Origin: Octopus sinensis
Taxonomy: Eukaryota
Length of the DNA stretch: 64,000 bases
Assembly (NCBI RefSeq): GCF_006345805.1
Contig: NC_043017.1
Location: 17,732,001-17,796,000 of the forward strand
Direction: 5' to 3'
The position numbers and the translations under genes were made by a program. Below the pieces are notes generated by a model. It saw only the letters and a list, made by a program, of their open reading frames with translations. It was not told the DNA's origin and did not search any database. Below, one piece after another: positions 47,960-61,390 of this stretch (positions are counted from its first letter, which is position 1; every line of letters begins with the position of its first letter).

Positions 47960-49397
47960 CAGGCACGGCATGACTACAGATGTATATACTCGGCATAAAC
48001 ATAAGTTGGAATTTCTCCGTTTTGACAGGGATTTTTCCAACTTTTTTTTTCAGCGCCGTCTTTGGAATGATGGGAAGAAACTTTTTACGAAAAACAGAAA
48101 AAATTTAAAAAATTTATGATTTTTTTTTTAGTCCCTCCACCCTTTCACCACATCAGTTTGGACCGATTTTGGCCAATTTTCTTCTTTTTTTTTTCACTAC
48201 GCATTTAAAAAACATAGGAGAAACATTTTCAGTTAAAAAAAAAAAATCAAAACTTTTCAGAGGGAAAAGTGTGATTTAAGGGAGATTTGGCTGTTGTTTC
48301 TAGCACATCGCAAGACTATGCTCCTTGTTTTTTTTTTTTTTTTCTTACTCAAATATGTATTGATGTTTTTCAATATCTTTCCCCATAAACACATTTACGC
48401 TATAAAAAAACAGAAAAATTTGAAAATTTATGATTTTTTTTTAGCCCCACTCCCTGCCTCCGATTGTTTCTGCTTATATAATTCTAAAATTTTGGAAAAC
48501 CTGAGAAGATTATCACTGGGATTTGTCCAGAGTGATTTTAATAAGAGGTATGTAAAAGATGATTTATTTTGATAGCATAATTTTCTAACAAAATATTTTT
48601 TTTTTCTTACACAGACACGTACACGGCCCCGCTCGGTTGGGGTGCGAGTAAAAAATTTTAATTATCATTTTTTGGACATCATTATTCCATAAGATGTGTT
48701 TATGCGGAGAAAAAAATTGGAAAACACTATTAGATGTGAGAGTGAGAAAGAAAACGAGGAGGTCCTGGGACGTGTTAGAAACAACAGCTAGATCTCCCTT
48801 AAATCACACATTTTCCTCTGGAATTATTAACAATTTTTTTTTAAACCGAAAATGTTTCTCTCGCGGGTTTTAAGTGCGATAGTAAAAAAAAAAAAAAAAA
48901 AAAAAAAAAGCCGAAATCGGTCCGGACGGGTGGTGGGAGTGAAAAAAAAAATTATAGATTTTCAAAATTTTTCCTTTTTTTCGTAAAAGGATACCTCCCA
49001 TTATTCTGGAGACTGCTGAAAAAAATTGGAAAAAAATCTCCGTCAAAACAGAAATTCCAACTTATATGGGCCGTCTGATCCGTTTTCCAGACCAGACCCC
49101 CTCTCGTCTGCTTCCATAAATTTTGCCTACAAATTTCTTTTTAACTGTAATCTACACCGTTTGAAAGGTATTTGTATAAAATTTCATTAAAAAATTACCA
49201 ATTTTCCTGAGGGAGAAAAATGGGTAGTGTGAATTTTCCGAAACTCCTCGGGAAACATTTTCCCAACAATTCTTTACATACACTCAATGTACAGGATCTA
49301 AGCGATCATTTGTTGAAAGTTTCGTTAAAAAGTATCCATTTCTCTGGAAGTTATGAGGCAACAAAGTCGGTGGGGTATGCATCTGTAGTTATGCCTA
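47960..49397. mobile_element. Non-autonomous DNA transposon-like element with a ~1.07-kb internal palindrome
   Basis: Short terminal inverted repeat GGCAT(G/A)ACTACAGATG near TA; inverted arms ~48000-48400 and ~48690-49065. Confidence 0.6.
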
Positions 49398-50774
49398 TAT
49401 ATATATATAATGCATGCATGCATATACATATTTATTTATACACACACACAAACACACTGTTAAAGTATTAATCCTTCACCAAATTTCTTTCCCTCTCTCT
49501 ATCCATTCCACAGCCTTCTTATAGCCATCATCATCCATATCTCCTCTCTCATCAACTCCTTCTTTTCTTCCTTCTGTCTTTTTTTCTTCATTCAGTGCTG
49601 GGTTTAATTCCTCGGATTAATTTACCCAAGGTTTGAATGGAATTATAAGAAAATTTTTGCAAGGCGCAGTCTTCTCTTTCCACTTTCACTTTTTACTATT
49701 AATTCAGCTTCCTTCTTCCTTATCAATATTCATCTCTTTTCTTTCTTAGAATCTTTCACTTTTTCTTCGTCATCTCTCTCTCGGCGTGTGTGTGTGTGTG
49801 TGTTTATCTTCCTCTTTCTATCTCTCGGTGTATGTGTTTCTCTTTCAATGAGAATATATATATATCTTATTTTTTGTCAGTCTTTCTCTCCCTCTCTCTC
49901 TTTCTCTCAGTATCTTTCTCTCCGTGTTTCTCATTATCTTTCTGTCTTTTCCCCCCTCTTCCTCCCTCATTGCCTGTGTCCGTGTTGTCTTTTCTTCCCT
50001 CTCTCTCAGTATATGTTTATCGCACTCCTCTCTTTCTCTTACCCTTTCGATTAACCTCACCCCTCCACTCACTGACTCTCATCCTCTACCCTCTATCTTT
50101 TCTCTCATCTTAAACTTTTTCCCCCTCTTCTACTATCGCCTACCTTTTCTCTGTTTCTCTTCTCCTCCCCTTCTTCTCCTCGCTATTACTATTGCTACCC
50201 CCATTGATCTCTTTATTAACCTCAATATTCGTGTCTGTATCATCTCAGCTCCATTCTACAAAACCTATGAATGTCTGCAGCGATTTATACCATTCCAGTG
50301 GATATTTCTTTCTCACCTCCTGAGCCTTCCTTTTCCCTCTTGCCCTCAGTTTAACACTACTCCACACATCCTCTCCTTCCTTTATCCATTTCGTTCAATC
50401 TCTTTTATTCTCTCATTCAGTCTTTAGTTTCTCTTTCACATGCTTCTCTTCTTCTCCTTCCATGCTTTCATTCCCTCTATCTTTCCATCCTTTTCCATAT
50501 ATAATCCTCTACTGTCGTCCTGTCTAACAATCCATTCTTCACACTGACCCCTTCCTTCTTTCTCCATTATGATCCCTTACTCCATCGATAGCCCTTTATT
50601 TCCTCACCCTCTTTGTTCTACTCTCACCAATCGCCCTTTAACAAGGTAAGCCACATTTTATCGTCCACTTCATTATAAATCCCAAACACACGTTTTGAGG
50701 AACGATTTGGCTATGAATAAATGTAAAATTTGGTAATGGCTTGTGTACGTATGTATGTGTGTGTATATATATAC

Positions 50775-50816
<42 letters not shown>

Positions 50817-51099
50817 GTATAGACATTGATATATACTCGCGTGCATGTATACTAATACTAATTACATATCAACCGTAGACGTAATTACATGCTAGTATAT
50901 ATATATATACTCTCTCTCGCTTTCTTATATATATATACATATATATGACATATTCTCTCGCGCGCATATATTTATACCTATCACATTCATAGAAGTATTC
51001 ATGCATTCATACTCATTACATATATGTGATGAACATTATACTAAAATCTCTTTCTCTCGCTTTGACCATCTATAATAATAATATAATATAATCTATCTA

Positions 51100-51173
51100 T
51101 CTGTCCATCTTTCAGTCTATCTGTCCATCTATCCCTCTACCTATCCATCTGTGTATCTGTCTACACGACTGTG

Positions 51174-51241
<68 letters not shown>

Positions 51242-51700
51242 GTCTGTCTGTCTGTCTATCTCTACACGACTGTGTCTGTCTGTCTATGTATCCAATATCT
51301 GTCTATCTCTACCCGATTGTGTCTCTATCTATCTATCTGTCTATCTGTATATTTGTCTCTGTCTATCTGTCTCACTGTCTGCTATCTTTCTATCTCTCCA
51401 TTTGGCTATTCGTCTGTCTATCCATCTGTCTTGTTAGCAATCAATGTGTATCTTATGTCTCTCTGTTTGTCAATCTGTCTAGCTATCTTTCTGTCTCTGT
51501 ATCAACTATATGTCGGCCTGTCTCTATCTTTGTCTGTCTGTCTACCATCTGTCTGTTGGTTTGTCTGTCTGTCAGTCTGTTTTTTGTCTGCCTGTCTGTC
51601 TATGCATGTATCTATCTGTCTGACTATCTACATCTATCACTATCTCTCCGTCTGTCTCTGTCACACTGTCTGCCTGTCTGTCTATCCATCTGTCTGCCTA
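51100..51700. repeat. (CTAT)/(CTGT) degenerate array
   Basis: Direct reading. Confidence 0.9.
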
Positions 51701-51954
51701 CATCCCCACCGCCGAATTGTTAAGTTTTCCTTCCAAAATCGCTACTGGAAATATGAATGTCTTTTGTATTGGTGTATGTATTAATTTTATTGACAAGTGA
51801 TTTCAAAGTTTCTGCAGTGGTTGGCCTTTGCAGTATGTCAAGGCCAGCCACAGTTGAGACTTTGAAGTTACTGTCAGTAAAAATTACTGTAGTATCTGAC
51901 TTCACGCCACTTGTCAGTTCGTTCTTCCTTCTTCTGTGTGTGTGTGCCTATATA

Positions 51955-52175
51955 TATTTCTTTACTGCCCACAAGGGGCTAAACATAGAGGGGACAAACA
52001 AGGACAGACGAAGGGATTGAGTCGATTATATCGCCCCTAGTGCGAAACTGGTACTTTATTTATCGACCCCGAAAGGTTGAAAGGCAAAGTTGACCTCTGC
52101 GGAATTTGAACTCAGAACGTAACGACGGACGAAATACCGCTAAGCATTTCGCCCGGCGCGGTAACGTATCTGCCA
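51955..52175 (-). mobile_element. SINE family A
   Basis: Core motif present. Confidence 0.88.
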
Positions 52176-53115
52176 ATATGTGTGTGTGTGTGTATGAATA
52201 TATAAAAGAGTATTTTGAAAGAAAAAAGGCATACTGCACGATTGGCAAGAGAGTCTTTGGATACTTAAGCAGAAGAAGGCCTCTTCGGATGGCCAGGTCC
52301 AGCTGCTCTATGGCCTCAGTTTAGAGGGTAATAGTTTTGAAGGATGTCATGGCCTGTAGAGCTGAATCAACTCATTCAGCTGATGTCATTGGATTCTCAG
52401 CTCGCTTTGAGCATGCCCAGATGATTTGCAGTTTTCTTCATTCTTTGAGTCGTTTGGTTTAACCTGGCAACTGCTTATGGACCAGTTCCCTATACAGTGA
52501 TGTACAAAACATTGGATTTATTCATTGATTTATTGTAAACCTAGTGTGTGTCAGAACTTGTATTGGGTCAGTATTCATGGGGCTTATCATCAAAGCATTT
52601 ATGACCAGCTAATAGTTTGATTCCTGTTAGAGTTCACCATTTTCCCTCTCCTCTTTGTGATGGCTATGGACTTGATATTGAAAGGTGCAAGAGGTTACTT
52701 GGAGGGAATAAAGATCAGGCAATATCTGATACTGTTACAACTGTGTGCTTTTTATAGATGAGACTACTGCCATAGTGGAAATAAAGAATAAGAAAAACTC
52801 TTTGTGAAGCTGGTTATTTTAGGCTTGGCAGCTGCATATAAAGGCTAAAACTAGAAAAAACAGTGGCAATCTGCCCATAATACAGAAATTATTAGAAATT
52901 GAAAGGGAACTGATTGCTGAAATCAGGGTGAATGTAGTTAAGGGCCTTGGACTTATCTATGCGGTCATCAAGAGATATTGTAGGTGTGGGTCAAGTTAAA
53001 GATACAGGCTAGCTTCCATTGACAACTATGGTCTGATAAGGAAATTTTATAATGTGGTGCTACCAATCTGGCTTTTGTGAAGGCTTTTATAACCACCCCA
53101 AATGCATGAAAATAT

Positions 53116-53530
53116 TAGGCGCAGGAGTGGCTGTGTGGTAAGTAGCTTGCTAACCAACCACATGGTTCCGGGTTCAGTCCCGCTGCGTGGCATCTTGGGC
53201 AAGTGTCTTCTGCTATAGCCCCGGGCCAACCAATGCCTTGTGAGTGGATTTGGTAGACGGAAACTGAAAGAAGCCTGTCATATATATGTATATATATATA
53301 TATATATGTGTGTGTGTATGTGTTTGTGTGTCTGTGTTTGTCCCCCTAGCATTGCTTGACAACCGATGCTGGTGTGTTTACGTCCCCGTTACTTAGCGGT
53401 TCGGCAAAAGATACCGATAGAATAAGTACTGTTCTCACAAAGAATAAGTCCCGGGGTCGATTTGCTCGACTAAAAGGTGGTGCTCCAGCATGGCCGCAGT
53501 CAAATGACTGAAACAAGTAAAAGAGTAGAG
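53116..53530 (+). mobile_element. SINE family B
   Basis: Full-length copy. Confidence 0.9.
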
Positions 53531-53634
53531 AGTAGGAGTGGAGAAATGGGAAAGTGTGTTAGTAAGTTCTTTCAAGTGTGGTTTAGTGTTTTGCTATACA
53601 ATACAAGGATGGGGCTGTGTAGTACTACTGTAAT

Positions 53635-53928
53635 GTTTGTTCCTTCTCGAGCCATGCCTGGCTCATAAGGGCTGGTTTCTTGGCGTATAGGTTCCCCACC
53701 TGGACGGGACGCCGGTCCGTCACAGGTGAGCTGCAAGATGCAGGAGGAAAGAGTGAGAGAAAGTTGTGGCGAAAGAGTCAGCAGAAGTTCACCATTACCT
53801 TCTGCCGGAGCCGCGTGGAGCTTAGGTGTTTTCGCTCATAAACACACACATCGCCCAGTCTGAGATTCGAACCTGCGATTCCTCGACCACGAGTCCGCTG
53901 CTCTAACCACTAGGCCATGTGCTGCCAC
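53635..53928 (-). mobile_element. SINE family D, tail type 3, with 12-bp TSD
   Basis: TSD TACTACTGTAAT at 53623-53634 and 53929-53940. Confidence 0.88.
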
Positions 53929-53936
53929 TACTACTG

Positions 53937-54516
53937 TAATCTAATTTTAACATCACTGATAGTAAAGGAGTTTAAAGTAGAAGTCTGTTTCTATGTGATG
54001 CTATGGGATCTGATGGATCCCAGAGCTGTAAAGAAAGGTGTTTCTATGTGCAGTCAATATTAGAGGTTACTGGACTGTCCCAGTTGTTTGTCATTGATAC
54101 AGAGGTTATAGTTCATGTTCTGTCAACATGTAAGTTATCTCCTGGATGTCTGGTGACACAACCAGGTATTGAGCATCATTAGTGATGCACCAAAACAATG
54201 CTGAAGCAATGTGAGTGCGGTGAGAATCAACACCAACTTGCACCTTGATGTATTAAAGAATGAAGGTGAGAGGGAGAGCAATAGAGGAACCTAAGCTAAG
54301 GAAAGCCAAGACTCAGAAAGGGGAAGATAGATTGGAAGGAAGTCTTCTTGTCCTTCAGCCATAATATCTTCCTCACTCATATTGTAATTTGTCATACTCC
54401 ATTTCCTTCCTGGCAACATTATTAGCTGCATTGGATCCATCAAATCCCATGGCATCACATAGAAACAGATTTCTGCTTTGAACTCCTTTACTATCAGTGA
54501 TGTTAAAATTAGATTA
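53937..54516. repeat. 84-bp inverted repeat pair enclosing ~410 bp
   Basis: Arms 53937-54020 and 54433-54516 with 5 mismatches. Confidence 0.85.
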
Positions 54517-54525
54517 AATCCTGAA

Positions 54526-54760
54526 TTAAGGCAGCGAGCTGGCAGAAATGTTAGCATGCTGGGCATAATGCATAGCCGTATTTCGTCTGTCGTTACGTTC
54601 TGAGTTCAAATTCCGCCGAGGTCGACTTTGCCTTTCATCCTTTCGGGGTCGATAAATAAAGTACCAGTTTTGCACTGGGGTCGATGTAATCAACTTAATC
54701 CGTTTGTCTGTCCTTGTTTGTCCCCTCTATGTTTAGCCCCTTGTGGGCAATAAAGAAATA
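54526..54760 (+). mobile_element. SINE family A, full-length, with 16-bp TSD
   Basis: TSD TAGATTAAATCCTGAA at 54510-54525 and 54761-54776. Confidence 0.92.
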
Positions 54761-54869
54761 TAGATTAAATCCTGAACATATAAAAATGGAAAACAGTTGG
54801 TGGAAAAGGTATTCTATAGTGCAGGCTAAAATTATTGTACAGTTGATAAAGAAAACATCCTGCAGTGCA

Positions 54870-55180
54870 CATTAGGGCACCATTCGAGTATGATTGTTTC
54901 CAAAGTTGCCTTACTGGCACCTGTGCTGGGGGCATGTGTAAAAGGATTCGAGCGAGGTCGTTGCCAGTACCGCCTGACTGGCCCCTGTGCTGGTGGCACG
55001 TAAAAAGCATCCACTACACTCTCGGAGTGGTTGGCATTAGGAAGGGCATCCAGCTGTAGAAACTCTGCCAAATCAAGATTGGATCCTAGTGCAGCCATCT
55101 GGTTCGCCAGTCTCAGTCAGAATCGTCCAACCCATGCTAGCATGGAAAGCAGACGTTAAACGATGATGATGATGATGATG
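54870..55180 (+). mobile_element. SINE family C
   Basis: Conserved body and (GAT)n tail. Confidence 0.85.
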
Positions 55181-56819
55181 TTTTCACACACACACTTTGT
55201 TGTATGAGTCAACCAGGCCAGGGACTCTAATGTTGAAACACCCAAAACCCCTTATAGCCTTCAAGAATATTATTGATATGTATTAGCATCCAAGAGATGT
55301 TTCTTGCAACTATATCTATGTGTGTTTGTGTGTAAATAGAGACAAAACCAAATGTTGATCTTTTGAATGTAAATGATACACATATCTTTCTCATTCAGAA
55401 CATTCCAAAATGTAAATGTCATAGCAAAATTTAACTGTATATGTATAGTAATTGTCTGAATGGTCTTAAGAGTACCCACCTACAAGCAGAGAGGAAGCTG
55501 GAAGGTAGATAGAGGAAATATATATCCATTGCCATCACTTAGAAGTGAGCATGACTTTGACTTGGTGGAACATCAAGGATGTGATAGCTGAAGGGTAAGA
55601 GGCTTGCACCAGCATTTGGCTAGTATTCATTTTTGTCTGAGTAGACTGAAGCAACATGAAATAAAGTGCCCTGCATAAGGACACAATGTGGTACCCAGTC
55701 TAGGAATTGAACCTGCCAGTTTATGGTCTTGGAACCAATACCCTAACTACTTCTCTATTTCATCTTGGCAAATACACACATGCATGTGCACACACACACT
55801 CACAAAGTAGAGTGAATATCTTGACATGCCTGATGGCTGTTCTTCAGAGAACAAGCATCCAACACTCTTCTTTGCCATCTTTTAATCCTTCTCCCTCTCT
55901 CCCTTACATTACTCCCTGTATCACTCTTTGTTCATATATTTCACTCTCTGTTGCTCCTACTTTCTCCATGTCTCTCACTTCCTCTTCCTCCACCATGCCA
56001 TTCACACTGTTTTCTATTCAATCTCCTTACTAACATCCCTCATGTAGCTGCATATCTCATTTTCTCACCTTCTCTCTCTTATTCTGGCCACGCTTGCCTT
56101 GAATGAAAGGCAACAACAACAAAGAGGACTCATTTGGCATATGTTGGGACAAGATAGCTCAGTACACTCTGAGATATAGTGAGGTTGAGAGTACTTTTCA
56201 ATTTTGTTGACTAACATGCCAAAAATGGAATAATGCACAAATGAGTTGTGACTCCCTATCACCACCCCCTTATCAAAGAGTAGTAATAGGTTTAGGTATC
56301 TGGCTCAAGAAAATAGGTTATGGGTTCCTGGATAAGGTAATGTGTTGTGTCCTTAAGTAAGGCACTTTATTTCACATTGCTCCAATCTGCTTAGCCATAA
56401 ATACCAGGTGTTCAGGCTAAGTTTTATGATTTTTTTTAATGTCTTCTTTTTTGCAGGGAACAGTTTGATGTATTGCTGAACTATCAACAGTGTTGGAAAG
56501 CATGAAGATTAAAGTTGTAGTTAAGAAAAAGCCCACATAGAAGACTGGGAGCCATCAGAATACTGGAAAATACTTATCAGTATCATGATGATTTGCACCA
56601 GATATCAAAATCAAGACTGTTGTTTAGTGCTCTGTGAACATTGCAATAGCTGAAAGGTGAAACAGGGACAGCTGGAATAGGGATTACAAAGATGTGGCCT
56701 GCAGGAAAGGACACAGCAGGCTTTCTGACTGTGTTTACTGGAATCCACCCCCATATCTTTTGAATAGGGCCTTAGGTTCAATTCAGACAGCCATGTGAAG
56801 CTGCTGAAGACTGGGGGCA

Positions 56820-57298
56820 ATCTATGACCAGAGAGGGTTGCTGTTGGAAAGCTATATTTGTGGCAGCAGGATTTGGCTCTTTGTCGTACCTCCAGAAAGA
56901 GTCAGAAGTGATTGTTGGAGAAGTTCTGTGACTTCACCAGCCCCAATTTCTGGCCCCCTAATTCCCACAGTTGTAAACCCAATGGATTACTATGTGTGGT
57001 GTGTAGTTGAAAAGGATACCAAATGCTCTGCCTGCAACACCAAAACTGAGCTAGTAGCCAAAATCAAGGGTGGGTTTGAAGATCTTCCTAGGAAACAATG
57101 AGGAATTCATGTGTCAGGTTCCAGAGCTGTCTTGAGGCTGTAGTGGAAGCTGAGGTGGACTACTTAGAATAAACTGTTATATCCCAGCCATAATTTAGCT
57201 GATATGTTTTGAGATTTTAAAATACATTTATTTTTGGATGGGATATTGTGTTTTCTTTTTCTTTTATGCAAACTGTTAAATTTAGCCTAAACACTCTG
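56820..57298 (+). pseudogene. maT (DD37D) Tc1/mariner transposase C-terminal remnant and 3' terminus
   Basis: WQQD..(37 aa)..NPMDYYVW; EAVVEAE..YLE*; the element ends at CTCTG|TA. Confidence 0.8.
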
Positions 57299-58480
57299 TA
57301 AGTACCAGTTGAATGCTAGGGCAGCTATTTATGCATCTATCATATCTTGTCTTGGATATTTTACTGGTTCAAATGTCTGAAGTTGACATGTGTAGCCGTG
57401 AAATATAAATAAGGCCCACAATGAAGCATTGCTCTCACATCTGGGACTGGGTTGTTGCTGCTGTACTCACAGACATACAAGATCGCACTTAGAAAAGGGC
57501 CACCAGACATTCATTTGGCATAAAGTCCTTCATAAACAGATTTTGACCCACAGGTACACTCTCTTCTCTCTGCCTTTTATACAACAATTATGGCTTTTGC
57601 TCCTCAGAGTTGATTGGAATTATGACCACCTCCACAGATATTCTTGACCTATTCATCTCTTCTCATTTTATCACCCTTCTTGTATCCACCCATCATTATC
57701 ATCTTGTATCCCTTGCAGTCCTTTCCTTGAGTGTTATCCCTCTGAAATTTCCTCTATTCCACTGCTTATATCTCTCCTGCAGGTATTGGTATGTAATGGC
57801 TCAACAAGAGCATTAATGATGTCAATCTCAAATGTCAAAGAGGGCCTTCAAAGGCCATTAGTATTCCCACTTCTTTCCAAGCCCAGCAGCTGAAACAAAG
57901 AAGGGTCTGAGGGCTATTGTTGTTGGTAGGTCTTAGTTCAGATGCGTTTAAAGACATTTCAGTCATAGAGATTATGTGACTACATTGCATTACCTGCCCT
58001 CTTTTTTTGAGGGAGACTCGACTGTTGTTTCTTGCAGGTCAAGCAACCATTGATGGTGTTGCATCTAAAGGTAGCCACCAGTGATAGTGTATTGTGTAGC
58101 TAGAGGAAGTGAGAGGAAGATATGTGTGTGACTGACAACTTTTGTTTTTGTGGTTGTGTAGTCCCAAGTTAGCACCAATCAAATAGACCTGAAACAAAAA
58201 AAGAAAAATGATTTCCAACCATGACCATTCCATCTATTTTCTGTAAGCATGGAGACCAGGATACATGTTATCCAATATCTCCTTTTCTAAGATTTGAGGG
58301 AGATTTAACTGTTGTTTCTTGCAGGGCATATAACTATATAGCAACACTGCTGTTGGTTGGTGGTGTTCTGGCAAATGTCAGGGATTAATTCTCTGGGGGT
58401 AAATGCAGTAATCCTTTGACTATCGTGGGTGTTATGTCCCGAAACCCACCACAATAGGTGAAAATCCACAGTAGAAACAG

Positions 58481-58894
58481 TACTCTCTCTTTTACTCTTT
58501 TACTTGTTTCAGTCATTTGACTGCAGCCATGCTGGAGCACCGCCTTTAATCGAGCAACTTGACCCCGGGACTTGTTCTTTTGTAAGCCCAGTACTTATTC
58601 TATCGGTCTCTTTTGCCGAACCACTAAGTAACGGGGACATAAACACACCAGCATCGGTTGTCAAGCAATGCTAGGGGGACAAACACAGATGCACAAACAC
58701 ACACACGCATATATATATATACGTATATACGTCGGGCTTCTTTCAGTTTCCGTCTACCAAATCCACTCACAAGGCTTTGGTCGGCCCGAGGCTATAGTAG
58801 AAGACACTTGCCCAAGGTGCCACGCAGTGGGACTGAACCCGGGACCATGTGGTTGGTAAACAAGTTACTTACCACACAGCCACTCCTGCACCTG
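58481..58894 (-). mobile_element. SINE family B
   Basis: Full-length reverse copy. Confidence 0.9.
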
Positions 58895-59344
58895 TATATT
58901 TTTTTTTATTATTTTTATAATTTGTATATATTTATTTTATTATGAATGCAAAACAACACCATGGAGAGATCGCCGTAAGCTTAAATAATAAACTGCAATT
59001 GGTGAACCGCGATAGCTGAACTGCGATATGGCGAAGGGATTACTGTATCTGGAATATTTCGTGATCTGTGGTTAATGGTGGAAGCTATTGACAGGCTTTT
59101 GTGTTGGTGAGGTAAATCTAAGGGGATGGGGCTGATGTCTCTGATGATTGTGGCAGCCCCTTATAGAGGCAGGTTGTTGTTGTTTATCCTCAAGTCAGCC
59201 CAGTTCTATAATCAAAAGTATTCCAACCATGTCCCTGTCTCTATACTGGTATCTAAAGCTACATTATCAATGTGTCTTGAATTTTTATTGTGATGGTTTG
59301 GTGTGATATGAGAGGTGGGGGATTTGGTTGTTATTTCTTACAAG

Positions 59345-59485
59345 TCATCATCATCATTTAACGTCCGTTTTCCATGCTAGCATGGGTTGGACGGTTCGAT
59401 TGGGGGTCTGGTAAGCCGTGAAGGCTGCACCAGGCTCCGGTCTGGTTTGGCAGTGTTTCTACAGCTGGATGCCCTTCCTAACGCC
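59345..59485 (-). mobile_element. SINE family C, 3' fragment
   Basis: (CAT)n tail and GGATGCCCTTCCTAACGCCAACC. Confidence 0.82.
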
Positions 59486-60473
59486 AACCAAGTCATGTGG
59501 CCCATTTTGTTTGTAGCGGGGGTGGGGGGAGCAGGATTTCCACCCACTTCCATGGAGAGTATCACTTTGGTCATTGTGTACTGATAGTGACTAGATATTT
59601 ATGTGGCATTCGATGCGGCAGAAATAGCTGGACATGTGGGATAATGGAGGAGAGGGAGTCCTTTCTGCATAGGAACAAGGACAGAGCTGTCAGAGCTTGG
59701 TTGTCTTTGATCATAGGTCTGCTCAGGCACAAGTGATCAAGGAGGACTAAATAACAACTAAATGTATTAAATATGGCTAGACTCCCCCCACCCTTTCAGA
59801 TAAACCCCTACCTTGACTGAGCGGTTTGAGGGTCAGAGAAAATGCCTTGTGTTGTTTCTTATGGTTGTCTGCACAGTGAGTTCAAGTTGTGCCTCGGTCG
59901 ACTTTACCTTTCATCTCTTTGCAGATCTGTTAAATGCTACACCATGGTCTTGGATTGAGAAATTCTAAGATCACTGGATAATAGGCCTTGAAATATCTGC
60001 ATTCTGAATTCGAATTCCTGGTTCATACCTTAAAAGAACCCCCCCCCCCGCCCGAAATATAAAAGCACTTAGCCACTGTCCTTGCCTGATGAGTAAAACA
60101 GATCCTCAAAAATAATGCTATTAACGCTAAAATAGATGGTGTTGGGGGTTAGGGTAATGAGAGGGTCAGGAGCCTTTTCTTAAAATCACATTTATCCTGG
60201 TGATTACACACACACACACACCTTAGTAAATGGTGAGGGGCAAATCAAAGAATGGGCAAGTACCATGGCTTTCTGTTCTGCTGTGACAAACAACAGGGAG
60301 AGTATAATGATGGCATGGCTACCACCACACATTTCTGTGGGTTATTATCTTCGTCTCTTCAGCAACATGAAGTCAGAGATGGTCAAACCTACACACTAAG
60401 ACATGAAAAATTGAGGGTAGGTAGACGTGGGCGGCTACTATCGGTCAACTTCAACAGTATGTTGTGGGCTAAG

Positions 60474-61050
60474 GCGGCGAGCTGGCAGAAACGTTAGCAC
60501 GCCGGGCTAAACGCTTAGCGGTATTTCGTCTATCGCTACGTTCTGAGTTCAAATTCCGCTGAGGTCGACTTTGCCTTTCATCCTTTCGGGGTCGATTAAA
60601 TAAGTACCAGTTACGCACTGGGGGGTCGATGTAATCGACTTAATCCGTTTGTCCCCTCTATGTTTAGCCCCGTGTGGGTAATAAAGAAACAGGTATTTCG
60701 TCTATCGTTGCGTTCTGAGTTCAAATTCCGCCGAGGTCGACTTTGCCTTTCATCCTTTCGGGGTCGATTAAACAAGTACCAGTTACGCACTGGGGGGTCG
60801 ATGTAATCGACTTAATCCGTTTGTCCCCTCTATGTTTAGCCCCGTGTGGGTAATAAAGAAACAGGTATTTCGTCTATCGTTGCGTTCTGAGTTCAAATTC
60901 CGCCGAGGTCGACTTTGCCTTTCATCCTTTCGGGGTCGATTAAACAAGTACCAGTTACACACTGGGGGGTTGATGTAATCGACTTAATCCGTTTGTCTCT
61001 CCTTGTTTGTCCCCTCTGTGTTTAGCCCCTTGTGGGTAGTAAAGAAATAG
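60474..61050 (+). mobile_element. Head-to-tail trimer of SINE family A (172-bp period)
   Basis: GGTATTTCG at 60520, 60692 and 60864. Confidence 0.93.
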
Positions 61051-61390
61051 ATATATATGCTTGGGTAATTCACCAATTTTGGTCAAGGCATATTTTATTT
61101 CCGGACCAAAATTATTCCAACAGTCACCATCACGTCATTTTTTTTTTCCCTGTCGAGCAAGTCATGGTAATTAGTCGCTTAACATGCTAGAAATAACAGC
61201 CAATACACATTTTAAGTCATAATCCATTGTGTTAAATAGGACGGATACATTGGATGATGCAGTTCTAGTTACATACAACTGGCCTGGGGGGTTAAACACC
61301 CACCTATATACCACATCGGGTACCTTTGACAAGATCGTTAAACGTAGTTACTGACTGTGAGTTGGTACCACATCAGTGAGTGGGCAGCCA

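Noticed and set aside
52560-53060. Possible further LINE RT remnant (PLLFVMAMDLILK..AFID)
   Set aside because: Too decayed to classify or bound with confidence.
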